The notes under the pieces were generated by a model. The model worked only from the letters and a program-made list of their open reading frames with translations. It had not been told where the DNA came from and did not search any database. Shown piece by piece: positions 10,179 to 19,949 of a stretch of 32,000 bases of DNA. The stretch's first letter is position 1; every line of letters begins with the position of its first letter. Origin of the DNA: Candidatus Saccharimonadota bacterium (GTDB taxonomy: Bacteria > Pseudomonadota > Gammaproteobacteria > Enterobacterales > Enterobacteriaceae_A); NCBI GenBank assembly GCA_030849285.1, contig CP102982.1:90001-122000 (forward strand), in the 5' to 3' direction. The position numbers were made by a program, and so were the translations under genes.

Positions 10179-10403
10179 TTATTTATGATTATCTATATAT
10201 GGAAATAAAGATAAATAACGTGCAATTTTAATAGCATTAGATAATTTACGTTGATATTTTGCACTTGTTCCTGTAATTCTTCTAGGTATAATTTTACCAC
10301 TTTCATTAATATAATTTTTAAGTAAATTAATATCTTTATAATCTATTTTTTTATAATTATTTTTAATAAAATAACAAGTTTTTTTATTTTTAAATTTATT
10401 CAT
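10179..10403 (-). CDS. rpsR: 30S ribosomal protein S18
   Basis: [50 protein letters not shown] is colinear with S18. Confidence 0.96.
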   Translation of the reverse strand: MNKFKNKKTCYFIKNNYKKIDYKDINLLKNYINESGKIIPRRITGTSAKYQRKLSNAIKIARYLSLFPYIDNHK

Positions 10404-10428
10404 TATATATTTCCAATTTATTTATAAT

Positions 10429-10764
10429 TTAATATTTTAAAAAATTTTTTATTTTAATTATTGGAGAGATTTTTGTTATAATTTTTTTAGTACGTATAAT
10501 TAATTTTCTCATAATAAAATTATTAAGTTTTAATTTTTTTTCTAAATTTTTAATATTTTTTTTAGAAATTTCAATATTCAAAAGAAAATAATGAGCTTTT
10601 TTTTTTTTTTTTATTTTATAAGAAAGTTTACGTTTACCCCAATCTTCAATTCTATAAATTTTACCATTATTATTTTTAATATATTCACTATAATACTTAA
10701 TTGTATCTAATATTTTATTATTTTTATCTAAAATAAACATAATAATAATTTCATAATGTCTCAT
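10429..10764 (-). CDS. rpsF: 30S ribosomal protein S6
   Basis: The MRHYEIIIMF start and WGKRKLSYKIKK motif are typical of S6. It is the first gene of the rpsF-rpsR-rplI cluster. Confidence 0.93.
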   Translation of the reverse strand: MRHYEIIIMFILDKNNKILDTIKYYSEYIKNNNGKIYRIEDWGKRKLSYKIKKKKKAHYFLLNIEISKKNIKNLEKKLKLNNFIMRKLIIRTKKIITKISPIIKIKNFLKY

Positions 10765-10798
10765 AATATTTATCCTTTAATATTTAAATAATTTAAAA

Positions 10799-11080
10799 TT
10801 AATTTATACATTTTAAAGATTTAGGTAATCCTGAAATTTTATTAATTTGTTGTGTAGGATTTTTATTAAATAATTTATATAAATATATACTATTACCTTT
10901 TATAATACCGTATTTATAATATATTATTTTAATTATAATTTTAATTGATGGAGAATAATTAAAAGTAATATAAAATTTACGTATTAAATAAATAATTTCC
11001 CAATGTTTTTTAGTTAAAAAAATACCTTCATTTTTAGCTAAAAATAAAGCTAAAATTTCATTCCAATTTTTAATATTCAT
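10799..11080 (-). CDS. tusE: Sulfurtransferase TusE (DsrC family)
   Basis: WNEILALFLAKNEGIFLTKKHWEIIYLIRKFYITFNYSPSIK...KGNSIYLYKLF...ISGLPKSLKCIN aligns with E. coli TusE recalled from memory ([38 protein letters not shown]...KGNSRYLYRLF...IAGLPKPVKCI). This includes the C-terminal catalytic Cys. Confidence 0.85.
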   Translation of the reverse strand: MNIKNWNEILALFLAKNEGIFLTKKHWEIIYLIRKFYITFNYSPSIKIIIKIIYYKYGIIKGNSIYLYKLFNKNPTQQINKISGLPKSLKCIN

Positions 11081-11288
11081 ATTTTTTTTTAAAAAAAATA
11101 ATTTTTAAAATATTTAATAAATTTATTCATTTAAAATTTAATAATTTATAAAATATTTTTAAATGAAAAGATAAAAACTTCTTGTAAAATTTTAAAATAA
11201 CATTATTTTTAAAATTATGTTTAAAATTTAAATATAAATTAATAATAATATATTAAATAAATATTATTTAAAAATTTTAAATATTATT

Positions 11289-11376
11289 GGAGGAGTGGTC
11301 GAGTGGTTTATGGCAACGGTCTTGAAAACCGTCGAAAGTTTATAACTTTTCGTGGGTTCGAATCCCACCTCCTCCT
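11289..11376 (+). tRNA. tRNA-Ser (anticodon UGA)
   Basis: The acceptor GGAGGAG pairs with CTCCTCC. The anticodon stem-loop is ACGGT-CTTGAAA-ACCGT, with TGA at 11323-11325. The long variable arm is CGAAAGTTTATAACTTTTCG and the T-arm is TGGGTTCGAATCCCA. CCA is not encoded. Confidence 0.95.
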
Positions 11377-11502
11377 TTTAAAAATTAATAAGTTTTAATA
11401 AATATATAAATTACATATTGAAGTAATTTATTTAATTTAAATATTTTAAACTTTATTAAATTTAATAAAATAAAATTATTTAAATTGGAGTAATAAATAA
11501 TT

Positions 11503-14298
11503 ATGAAAAATTATAAAAATACTTTAAATTTACCTAAAACTAATTTTCCTATGAAAGGTAATCTTATTAATAAAGAATTTGATATAATTTCATATTGGAA
11601 TTTTAAAAAATTATATAAAAAAATAAGAGAATCAAAAAAAAAAAAAAAAAAATTTATTTTACATGATGGACCTTTATATGCAAATGGAAAAATACATATT
11701 GGACATGCAGTAAATAAAATAATTAAAGATATAATAATTAAATCTAAAAATATGAGTGGATTTAATGCACCATATGTACCCGGATGGGATTGCCATGGTT
11801 TACCAATAGAATTAAAGATAGAAAAAAATAATAAAATTAAAAAAAAAATTTCAAATTTAGAATTTAGAAAAAAATGCAGAATTTATGCAAATAAACAAGT
11901 TTTAATTCAAAAAAAAGAATTAATAAATTTAGGAATTTTAGCAGATTGGGATAATCCATATTTAACAATGGATTATAAAATTGAAGCAAATATTATAAGA
12001 GCATTTAAAAAAATATTAAATTATGGATATTTAATAAATGGAAAAAAACCTATACATTGGTGTATTAATTGTCAATCATCACTATCAGAAGCTGAAATTG
12101 AATATTATAATATAGAATCATTAGGAATATATATATTATTTAATTCTATAGAAAATAATAAAATTTTGAATAAATTTAAAATTAATTATTTTATAAAAAA
12201 TATTAATTTAATAATTTGGACAACAACACCTTGGACTTTATTATCAAATAAAGCAATTGCAATTAATCCAAATTTAATATATCAATTTATTAAAATTAAA
12301 AATAAATATTTAATTTTATCAAAAGACACAGTTATTAATATTATGAAGTTATTAAATATTAAAACTTGGAAAATACTAAGTCAATGTAAAGGATTAGAAT
12401 TAGAATTATGTTATTTTAAACACCCTATTTTAAATTTTAATGTTCCAATATTATTAAGTAACCATATTATTGTAAATACTGGTAGTGGAGCAGTTCATAT
12501 TGCACCAAGTCATGGTTTAGAGGATTTTATAGTTAGTAAAAAATATGCATTAAATACATCAACTCAAATAAATAAATATGGTAATTATATTTCAAATACT
12601 CATACATTATTAAATAAAAAATTTATTTTTAATGTTAACAATATTATAATTAAATTATTAAAACAAAACAAAAATTTTTTATATAAACATAAAATTATTC
12701 ACAAATATCCTCATTGTTGGAGACATAAAACAAAAATTTTTTTAAGGATAACTTATCAATGGTTTATTAATTTAAATAAAAATAATTTACGAAAAAAATT
12801 AATTCAAAACATCAAAAAAATTAAATGGATACCTAAAACTGGTAAAAAATATATGGAAAATATGATTAAAAAAAGACCTGATTGGTGTATTTCAAGACAA
12901 AGATTATGGGGGGTTCCAATAACTTTATTTATTAATAAAAAAACTTTAAAAATTCATCCTTATAGTAATAAAATAATAAAAAAAACAGCAAAATTAGTAG
13001 AAAAAAGGGGTATTCAAGTATGGTGGGATTTAGATAAAAAAAAAATTCTTGGAATTAATAATAATGATTATTTTAAAATAAATGATACTTTAGATGTATG
13101 GTTTGATTCTGGAACTACACATTATTCTGTAATTACTAAAAAAAAAAAATATAAAAGTAATATTTCTGATTTATATGTTGAAGGTTCTGATCAATATCGT
13201 GGTTGGTTTATGTCATCTTTAATAACTTCAAATATTATTAATAAAAATATTCCATTTAAAGAAATTTTAGTACATGGATTTACTGTAGATAAAAAAAAAA
13301 AAAAAATGTCAAAATCTATTGGAAATATAATAAGCCCTATATATTTAATTAAAAAATTTAGTTGTGATGTTTTAAGATTATGGATTGCATATACTGAATA
13401 TACTAATGAAATAATAGTTTCTGAAAAAACAATAAAAAATTCAATAGAAATTTATAGAAAAATTAGAAATACAATTCGTTTTTTATTATCAAATTTAAAT
13501 GATTTTAATCCTAATATAAAATTTTTAAATTTTAAAAAAATGATAATTTTGGATTTATGGGCTTTAAAACATACTTTTAAAATTCAAAAAAAAATAATAA
13601 ATGCATATAATAAATATAATTTTAAGAAAGTAATAAAATATTTAATAAAATTTTGTTCAATTGAAATGGGTTCATTTTATTTTGATATTATTAAAGATAG
13701 GCAATATACTACTAAAAAAAATAGTATTAATAGAAAAAGTTGTCAAATAACAATGTTTCATATTTTAGAATCATTAGTTCGTTGGATAGCTCCTATTTTA
13801 TCATTTACTGCAAATGAAGTATGGAATTATTTACCTGGAAAAAGAGAAGAATTTATTTTTACAGAAGAATGGTATAATAATTTATATATAAACTATAAAT
13901 CTAAAATTTTAAATAATATATTATGGAAAGAATTAATTAAATTAAAATATAAAATTAATAAAAAAATTGAAATTTTAAGATTTAAAAAAAAAATAGGTAG
14001 TTCATTGCAAATAAATATTATAATTTGTGCAAATAAAAAATTAATAAAATATTTAAAAAAATTTAATAATGAATTAAAATTTTTTTTTATTATATCAAAT
14101 ATTAAATTAATTACTTTAAATGAATTAAATAATAAAATTAATTATTTTAAATTATATGTAAATATATCAAAAAAAAAAAAATGTAATAGATGTTGGCATT
14201 ATAGTAATAATATTTGTAATATATCTAAATATATTGGAATATGTAATCGTTGTATATTTAATATTTTTGGTAAAGGTGAAAAACGTAAATTTATTTAA
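11503..14298 (+). CDS. ileS: Isoleucine-tRNA ligase
   Basis: 931-aa ORF. The N-terminus [21 protein letters not shown] matches IleRS. It has the HIGH motif ([12 protein letters not shown]), the KMSKS motif (KKMSKSIGN) and a C-terminal Cys cluster (CNRCWHY...CNRC). Confidence 0.98.
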   Translation: MKNYKNTLNLPKTNFPMKGNLINKEFDIISYWNFKKLYKKIRESKKKKKKFILHDGPLYANGKIHIGHAVNKIIKDIIIKSKNMSGFNAPYVPGWDCHGLPIELKIEKNNKIKKKISNLEFRKKCRIYANKQVLIQKKELINLGILADWDNPYLTMDYKIEANIIRAFKKILNYGYLINGKKPIHWCINCQSSLSEAEIEYYNIESLGIYILFNSIENNKILNKFKINYFIKNINLIIWTTTPWTLLSNKAIAINPNLIYQFIKIKNKYLILSKDTVINIMKLLNIKTWKILSQCKGLELELCYFKHPILNFNVPILLSNHIIVNTGSGAVHIAPSHGLEDFIVSKKYALNTSTQINKYGNYISNTHTLLNKKFIFNVNNIIIKLLKQNKNFLYKHKIIHKYPHCWRHKTKIFLRITYQWFINLNKNNLRKKLIQNIKKIKWIPKTGKKYMENMIKKRPDWCISRQRLWGVPITLFINKKTLKIHPYSNKIIKKTAKLVEKRGIQVWWDLDKKKILGINNNDYFKINDTLDVWFDSGTTHYSVITKKKKYKSNISDLYVEGSDQYRGWFMSSLITSNIINKNIPFKEILVHGFTVDKKKKKMSKSIGNIISPIYLIKKFSCDVLRLWIAYTEYTNEIIVSEKTIKNSIEIYRKIRNTIRFLLSNLNDFNPNIKFLNFKKMIILDLWALKHTFKIQKKIINAYNKYNFKKVIKYLIKFCSIEMGSFYFDIIKDRQYTTKKNSINRKSCQITMFHILESLVRWIAPILSFTANEVWNYLPGKREEFIFTEEWYNNLYINYKSKILNNILWKELIKLKYKINKKIEILRFKKKIGSSLQINIIICANKKLIKYLKKFNNELKFFFIISNIKLITLNELNNKINYFKLYVNISKKKKCNRCWHYSNNICNISKYIGICNRCIFNIFGKGEKRKFI

Positions 14299-14432
14299 TT
14301 ATTATATTTTATAATTAATTTAATATTTAAAAGTATATTTAATGTTTATAAAATAATATTATTTTGAATATTTAAGTATTTTTTTTGATTTTTATAATAT
14401 TATTAAATATATTTAAATTAATAAATTAATTT

Positions 14433-14506
14433 GGCCCTTTAGCTCAGTTGGTCAGAGCAAACGACTCATAATCGTTAAGTCACTGGTTCAAATCCAGTAA
14501 GGGCCA
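14433..14506 (+). tRNA. ileX: tRNA with anticodon CAU, tRNA-Ile2 (lysidine) type rather than tRNA-Met
   Basis: It forms a 74-nt cloverleaf. The acceptor GGCCCTT pairs with AAGGGCC plus discriminator A. The anticodon loop is CTCATAA, with CAT at 14467-14469. The sequence is near-colinear with E. coli ileX as I recall it (GGCCCCTTAGCTCAGTGGTTAGAGCAGGCGACTCATAATCGCTTGGTCGCTGGTTCAAGTCCAGCAGGGGCCA). That includes the C4-G69 and C5-G68 pairs. It is unlike elongator or initiator tRNA-Met. Confidence 0.8.
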
Positions 14507-14623
14507 ATTTTTATATTTTATTATTTATAAAATAAAATTTTAAATAATATTATAAATAAATTATTTTAATAAAATATTAATAAACTAATTATTTATATTA
14601 AATATATAAGTAATTTAAATATT

Positions 14624-16432
14624 ATGAAAAATCAAATTAAAAATATAAGAAATTTTTCAATAATTGCTCATATTGATCATGGAAAAACAACATTATCTGA
14701 TCGTATAATACAAATTTGTGGAGGATTAAATAAAAGAGAAATAAATAATCAAATTTTAGATACAATGGATTTAGAAAAAGAAAAAGGTATTACAATAAAA
14801 GCACAAAGTGTAAGTTTAAAATATAAATCTAAAAATGGGAAAATTTATAAAATTAATTTAATTGATACCCCTGGACATATTGATTTTTCTTATGAAGTTT
14901 CTAAATCATTAATAGCATGTGAAGGTGTATTATTGTTAATTGATTCAACTCAAGGTATAGAAGCGCAAACAATTTCAAATTATTATAAAGCAATGAAAAT
15001 GAATTTAGATATAATTATAGTTTTAAATAAAATTGATTTACCAACATCTGATATTAATCGTGTAAAAAAAGAAATAAAAAATATTATAGGTTTTAATAAA
15101 AATAAAATAATATGTTGTTCTTCTAAAACTGGTAAAGGTGTAATAAATATATTAGAAAATATTATATTAAATATTTCTTATCCTAAAGGTAAAATAGAAA
15201 ATTCTTTAGAAGCTATTATTATAGATTCATGGTTTGATAATTATCTTGGAATTATTTCTATTATTTGTATTAAAAATGGTATTATAAAATTAGGTGATAA
15301 AATTATTATAATAAATAAAATTGGTGTATATAATGTAGAAAAATTAGGTATATTTACACCGGAAAAAAAAATATGTAATTTTTTAATTTGTGGTGAAATT
15401 GGTTGGTTAATATATTCAATAAAAAATATAAATTATGCAAGAGTTGGAAATATTATTACTTCTTTTTTAAAACCTATTAAAAGAGTTTTACATAAATTTA
15501 AAATTATAAAACCTAAAATTTATGCAGGATTATTTTTATTAAATTCTAACCAATATGAATTATTTTGTAATTCTCTTAAAAAATTAAAATTAAATGATAA
15601 TTCTTTATTTTATGAACCTGAAGTATCTTCGTTATTAGGTTTTGGTTTTAGATGTGGTTTTTTAGGTTTATTACATTTAGATATTATTAAAGAACGTTTA
15701 AAACGTGAATATAATTTAAATTTAATTATAACTACACCTAATGTAATTTATGAAATTTATACTAATAATAGAAAAATAATTTATATTGATAATCCTAATA
15801 AATTACCTTTAAAAAATAAAATAAGGGAATTAAGAGAACCAATTGCTGAATGTATTATATTAACTCCAAAACAATATTTAGGTAAAATTATAAATTTATG
15901 TGTTAAAAAAAGAGGTAAACAAATTAATATAATTTATTATAATAATCAAGTTTCCTTAATATATGAAATTCCAATGTCAGAAATTATAATTAATTTTTTT
16001 GATAAATTAAAAAATTTGACAAAAGGTTATGCATCTTTAGATTATAAATTTAAATATTATAAAAAATCTAATCTAGTTAAAATTGATATATTAATTAATA
16101 ATAAAAAAATTGATACTATAACATGGATAACACATAAAAATAATTCTTATAATTTTTGTAAAAAAATAGTTAAAAAAATAAAAAAAATAATCCCAAGACA
16201 ACAATATAATGTATCTATTCAAGCAGTTATTAATTCAAATATTATTTCTAGTTCTATAATTAAACAATTAAAAAAAAATGTAATTAAAAAATGTTATGGA
16301 GGTGATATAAGTAGAAAAAAAAAATTATTAAATAAACAAAAATATGGAAAAAAAAAAATGAAAAAATTGGGTAATATTTTATTACCTAAAAAAATATTTT
16401 CAACATTATTTAAAATTAATAGTAATAATTAA
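14624..16432 (+). CDS. lepA: Elongation factor 4 (LepA)
   Basis: [20 protein letters not shown] (G1), DTPGHIDF (G3) and NKIDL (G4) are present. The length of 602 aa and the position upstream of rnc-era fit LepA. Confidence 0.97.
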   Translation: MKNQIKNIRNFSIIAHIDHGKTTLSDRIIQICGGLNKREINNQILDTMDLEKEKGITIKAQSVSLKYKSKNGKIYKINLIDTPGHIDFSYEVSKSLIACEGVLLLIDSTQGIEAQTISNYYKAMKMNLDIIIVLNKIDLPTSDINRVKKEIKNIIGFNKNKIICCSSKTGKGVINILENIILNISYPKGKIENSLEAIIIDSWFDNYLGIISIICIKNGIIKLGDKIIIINKIGVYNVEKLGIFTPEKKICNFLICGEIGWLIYSIKNINYARVGNIITSFLKPIKRVLHKFKIIKPKIYAGLFLLNSNQYELFCNSLKKLKLNDNSLFYEPEVSSLLGFGFRCGFLGLLHLDIIKERLKREYNLNLIITTPNVIYEIYTNNRKIIYIDNPNKLPLKNKIRELREPIAECIILTPKQYLGKIINLCVKKRGKQINIIYYNNQVSLIYEIPMSEIIINFFDKLKNLTKGYASLDYKFKYYKKSNLVKIDILINNKKIDTITWITHKNNSYNFCKKIVKKIKKIIPRQQYNVSIQAVINSNIISSSIIKQLKKNVIKKCYGGDISRKKKLLNKQKYGKKKMKKLGNILLPKKIFSTLFKINSNN

Positions 16433-16496
16433 ATAAGTATTATTATAAATTTTAATAATTTAAAAATAAAAATAAAAAAAATTACTTAAAATAAAT

Positions 16497-17171
16497 ATGA
16501 ATATATTAATAATAAATATAATACAAAAAAAAATTGGTTATTTTTTTAAAAAAAAATTTTTTTTATTAAAAGCATTAACTCATAGTAGTAAAAATATTAA
16601 TAATAATAATGAACGATTAGAATTTTTAGGAGATTCTATTATTAATTTTATAGTTTCAAATATTTTATATAAAAAATTTCCATTAATAAATGAAGGAGAA
16701 ATAAGTAAAATAAGATCTAATTTAATTAATCATAAAACTTTATTTAAAATATCAATTAAATTTAATTTAATTAAATATATAAAATTAAATTTTAAAAAGT
16801 TAAATAATTATAATAAAAATTCAATATTAGTAAATACATTTGAAGCATTAATAGGAAGTATTTTTTTAGATAGTAATATTAATACAATTGAATTATTAAT
16901 ATTAAATTGGTATAATAAAAAATTTAAAAATATAAAATTATCTATTAAAAATAATGATTATAAAACTATTTTACAAGAAATTATACAAAAAAAAAATATT
17001 AAACTACCTAATTATTCATTAATTAAAATAAAAGGAAAACCACATAATCAAAAGTTTTTAATTAAATGTAAAATTAATTGTTTTAAAAAATATTTTATTG
17101 GTTTTGGTAAAACTAAATGTAATACTGAACAATATATTGCAAAAAAAATAATTAAAAAAATGGAAATTTAA
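16497..17171 (+). CDS. rnc: Ribonuclease III
   Basis: The RNase III signature NERLEFLGDSIINF and FEALIGSIFLD are present, with a C-terminal dsRBD-like region. The N-terminus MNILIINIIQKKIGYFF parallels E. coli MNPIVINRLQRKLGYTF. Confidence 0.95.
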   Translation: MNILIINIIQKKIGYFFKKKFFLLKALTHSSKNINNNNERLEFLGDSIINFIVSNILYKKFPLINEGEISKIRSNLINHKTLFKISIKFNLIKYIKLNFKKLNNYNKNSILVNTFEALIGSIFLDSNINTIELLILNWYNKKFKNIKLSIKNNDYKTILQEIIQKKNIKLPNYSLIKIKGKPHNQKFLIKCKINCFKKYFIGFGKTKCNTEQYIAKKIIKKMEI

Positions 17172-18013
17172 TGATTTTTAAAAAAAAAATTTATGGATTT
17201 GTATCAATAATTGGTAGAACAAATGTTGGTAAATCTACTTTGTTAAATAAAATAATAGGAAAAAAAATATCAATTACATCTAAAAAAAAAAAAACAACAA
17301 TTAATAATATTTTAGGAATTTATAATAAAAATTTACATAAAATTATCTATATTGATAACCCCGGTTTTTTAAAAAACGGAAAAAATAATTATTTATTTAA
17401 TTATAATAATAAATTTGTATGTAATATAGATATAATAATTTATGTAATTGAAGGTACTATAATTAAAAAATATGATAAAAAAATTATAAATAATTTAAAA
17501 AAGATAAATAAACCTATTATAATTGTAATAAATAAAATTGATATTATTAAAAATAAAATTTATTTATTACCATACATTAAATTTTTAAAAAAAAATATAA
17601 ATTTTACAGAATTAATACCTATTTCAGCAAAATTTAATATTAATATAAAAATAATAAAAAAAAAAATTTATAGTATATTAGTTAATAATAATAATAATAA
17701 TAATTTAAATAATTATTTTATTAATAAATATTCTAAAAATTTTATAATTTCAGAAATTATTCGTGAAAAAATAATTAGATTTTTAGGTCAAGAATTACCA
17801 TATTCTACTATTATTAAAATTAAAAATATAAACATTATTAATAATATATATAATATATTTTCACTAATTTTGGTTAAAAATAAAGGTCAAAAAAAAATAA
17901 TAATAGGTAAAAATGGTAATAAAATTAAAATAATTGGTATAAAATCAAGAAAAGAAATTGAAAAAAAATTTAAAAAGAAGATAAATTTATTTTTAAAAGT
18001 AATTATTATTTAA
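17171..18013 (+). CDS. era: GTPase Era
   Basis: GFVSIIGRTNVGKSTLLN (G1), DNPG (G3) and NKID (G4) are present, with a C-terminal KH-like region. The start overlaps the rnc stop in a TAATG junction. Confidence 0.95.
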   Translation: MIFKKKIYGFVSIIGRTNVGKSTLLNKIIGKKISITSKKKKTTINNILGIYNKNLHKIIYIDNPGFLKNGKNNYLFNYNNKFVCNIDIIIYVIEGTIIKKYDKKIINNLKKINKPIIIVINKIDIIKNKIYLLPYIKFLKKNINFTELIPISAKFNINIKIIKKKIYSILVNNNNNNNLNNYFINKYSKNFIISEIIREKIIRFLGQELPYSTIIKIKNINIINNIYNIFSLILVKNKGQKKIIIGKNGNKIKIIGIKSRKEIEKKFKKKINLFLKVIII

Positions 18014-18058
18014 ATTTAAAATTTTTAATAATAAATTATATAAAAATTAAGGTAAAAT

Positions 18059-18772
18059 TTGAATAAATTATCGTTTGGTATTAATAAAAATTATTTAAAA
18101 AATTTTAAAAATAAAAAAAATTTAATTTCAAATTTATTACAAATAGCGTTAATATCTGAACAAATAGGAATAAATAGTATAACAATAAATTTAAGTAAAA
18201 ATTATAAATATATAAAAAAATATATAAATATTTTAAAAAAAATAATTCAAATTTATATTAACTTTGAAATAGAAATTTATGATGAAATATTAAATACAAT
18301 TTTAAAAATAAAACCAAAAAGTTGTTATTTATTTTCAAAAAAAAAAAACGAAATTACTAAAGAAGGAGGATTAAATATTATTAATAAATTTGAAGAAATT
18401 TCAATTATAGTTAATTTATTAAATAATAATAATATAGAAGCATTTTTATTTATAGACCCTAATTTAAATCAAATAGATGCTGCTATTAATACTGGAACAA
18501 AATATATAAAATTAAATACTAATATGTATTCATTAGCTAATAATAATTTAGAAAAAATGTTTCAATTTAATAAAATAAAAAAATCTGTAATTTATGCTAA
18601 AAAAAAAGGATTAATTGTTAATGTTGGGTATGGATTAAATTATGAAAATATTAAAAAATTATCAAAAATAAAACAAATTAATGAGTTTAATATTAGTAAT
18701 TCAATTCTAAATAAAGGGTTATTTATTGGTTTAAAAAAAGCAATTAAAAAAATTTTATTATTAATTAATTAA
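18059..18772 (+). CDS. pdxJ: Pyridoxine 5'-phosphate synthase homolog (PdxJ family), with active-site residues apparently diverged
   Basis: It is colinear with E. coli PdxJ over the full length: FGIN..., ISEQIG, INFEIE, KPKSCYLF, EITKEGGL, FLFIDPN, GLIVNVGYGL, EFNISNSI. It holds the conserved position after era. It starts at TTG 18059, preceded by AAGG at 18049-18052, and there is no in-frame ATG until about codon 155. Confidence 0.8.
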   Translation: MNKLSFGINKNYLKNFKNKKNLISNLLQIALISEQIGINSITINLSKNYKYIKKYINILKKIIQIYINFEIEIYDEILNTILKIKPKSCYLFSKKKNEITKEGGLNIINKFEEISIIVNLLNNNNIEAFLFIDPNLNQIDAAINTGTKYIKLNTNMYSLANNNLEKMFQFNKIKKSVIYAKKKGLIVNVGYGLNYENIKKLSKIKQINEFNISNSILNKGLFIGLKKAIKKILLLIN

Positions 18773-18823
18773 TTTATAATAATATTTTATTATATAATTA
18801 TTTAATTGTATAAATAAATTTAT

Positions 18824-19159
18824 TTAAAAAATATTTAAATTTTTATTTTTAATATTACGTAAATAATATAATTTTGATTTTTTAGAATTATTATAATTTA
18901 CAATTTTAATTTCTTTAATTATAGGTGAATGAGTTTGAAATACACGTTCAACTCCTTCATTATTAATAATTTTACGAACAGTAAAAGAACTGTTTAAACC
19001 TCTATTTTTAATAGAAATTATTATACCATCAAATTTTTGTATTCTTTTTTTTTTCCCTTCTAAAATCCATATTTTTATTTCTATATAATATCCTGTATTA
19101 ATTAAAGGAATATTTTTATTAATTTGAGTTTTTTCAAATTCTTCTATAATATTTTTCAT
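18824..19159 (-). CDS. rplS: 50S ribosomal protein L19
   Basis: GYYIEIKIWILEGKKKRIQKFDGIIISIKNRGLNSSFTVRKI...GVERVFQTHSP is colinear with L19. Confidence 0.96.
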   Translation of the reverse strand: MKNIIEEFEKTQINKNIPLINTGYYIEIKIWILEGKKKRIQKFDGIIISIKNRGLNSSFTVRKIINNEGVERVFQTHSPIIKEIKIVNYNNSKKSKLYYLRNIKNKNLNIF

Positions 19160-19190
19160 ATTTTATAATCCTATATTATGATTTAATAAA

Positions 19191-19682
19191 TTAAAAATTC
19201 CATTTTAATTTTATTATTTTTAATTTAATATCAATTTTTTTAATTATTTTTTTAATAATAAATGGTATTATTAACTCTTTTTTTTTATTTTTTACAACTA
19301 TTAAATCATTAAATTTTGTTTCAATTATATTTTTAATTATTCCTAATTTATAATTATTAAAATTAATAATTTTACATTTTAAAATATTATTTGAATAATA
19401 ATTTATATTTTTTAAATTATTAAAATCAATATAAATATTTTTATTATTAATTTTTTTTTTTTTATTTTTAATGTTTTTAATTTTGATTATAAAAAAATTA
19501 TTTTTTTTAATATAATATTCTATTGTAATAATTTTCCATTTTTTATTTTTAATATATAATGGTTTATATATAAATATATTTTTTTTAATTTTTGTAAATG
19601 AAAATAATTTAAATAAATTATTAATTCCATAATTTTTACTTATTTTACCTATTATAATTGGTTTTTTTGGAATTTTTTTCAT
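19191..19682 (-). CDS. rimM: 16S rRNA processing protein RimM
   Basis: [23 protein letters not shown] parallels E. coli [59 protein letters not shown] and LIIPFI...[15 protein letters not shown] match the PRC-barrel C-terminal half. It lies between rpsP and rplS. Confidence 0.85.
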   Translation of the reverse strand: [163 protein letters not shown]

Positions 19683-19939
19683 TATTTATTAATATAATTT
19701 TTTTTAAAAATTTTAATTATTTTTTTAACTCTATAAGAAATATTTGCTCCCAAATTTTTCCAATATTTAATACGTTTTTCACATAAATTTATGTAATTAT
19801 AATTATATTTATTAATTGGATTAAAATAACCAATACGTTCTATAAATTTTCCATTATTTGAATTACGTTTATCTATTATTATTATTTGAAAAAATGGTTT
19901 ATTTTTAGTACCAACTCTTTTTAAACGAATTCTTATCAT
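19682..19939 (-). CDS. rpsP: 30S ribosomal protein S16
   Basis: MIRIRLKRVGTKNKPFFQIIIIDKRNSNNGKFIERIGYFNP is colinear with S16. Its stop overlaps the rimM start (TAATG). Confidence 0.96.
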   Translation of the reverse strand: MIRIRLKRVGTKNKPFFQIIIIDKRNSNNGKFIERIGYFNPINKYNYNYINLCEKRIKYWKNLGANISYRVKKIIKIFKKNYINK

Positions 19940-19949
19940 ATTAACCTTT

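Noticed and set aside
16497-17171. A possible catalytic-residue change in RNase III (ILVNTFEALIG versus E. coli ILADTVEALIG, Asp to Asn)
   Set aside because: It rests on a single position from a remembered alignment. All the other signature acidic residues (ERLEFLGD, FEAL) are intact. That is too weak to claim loss of function.
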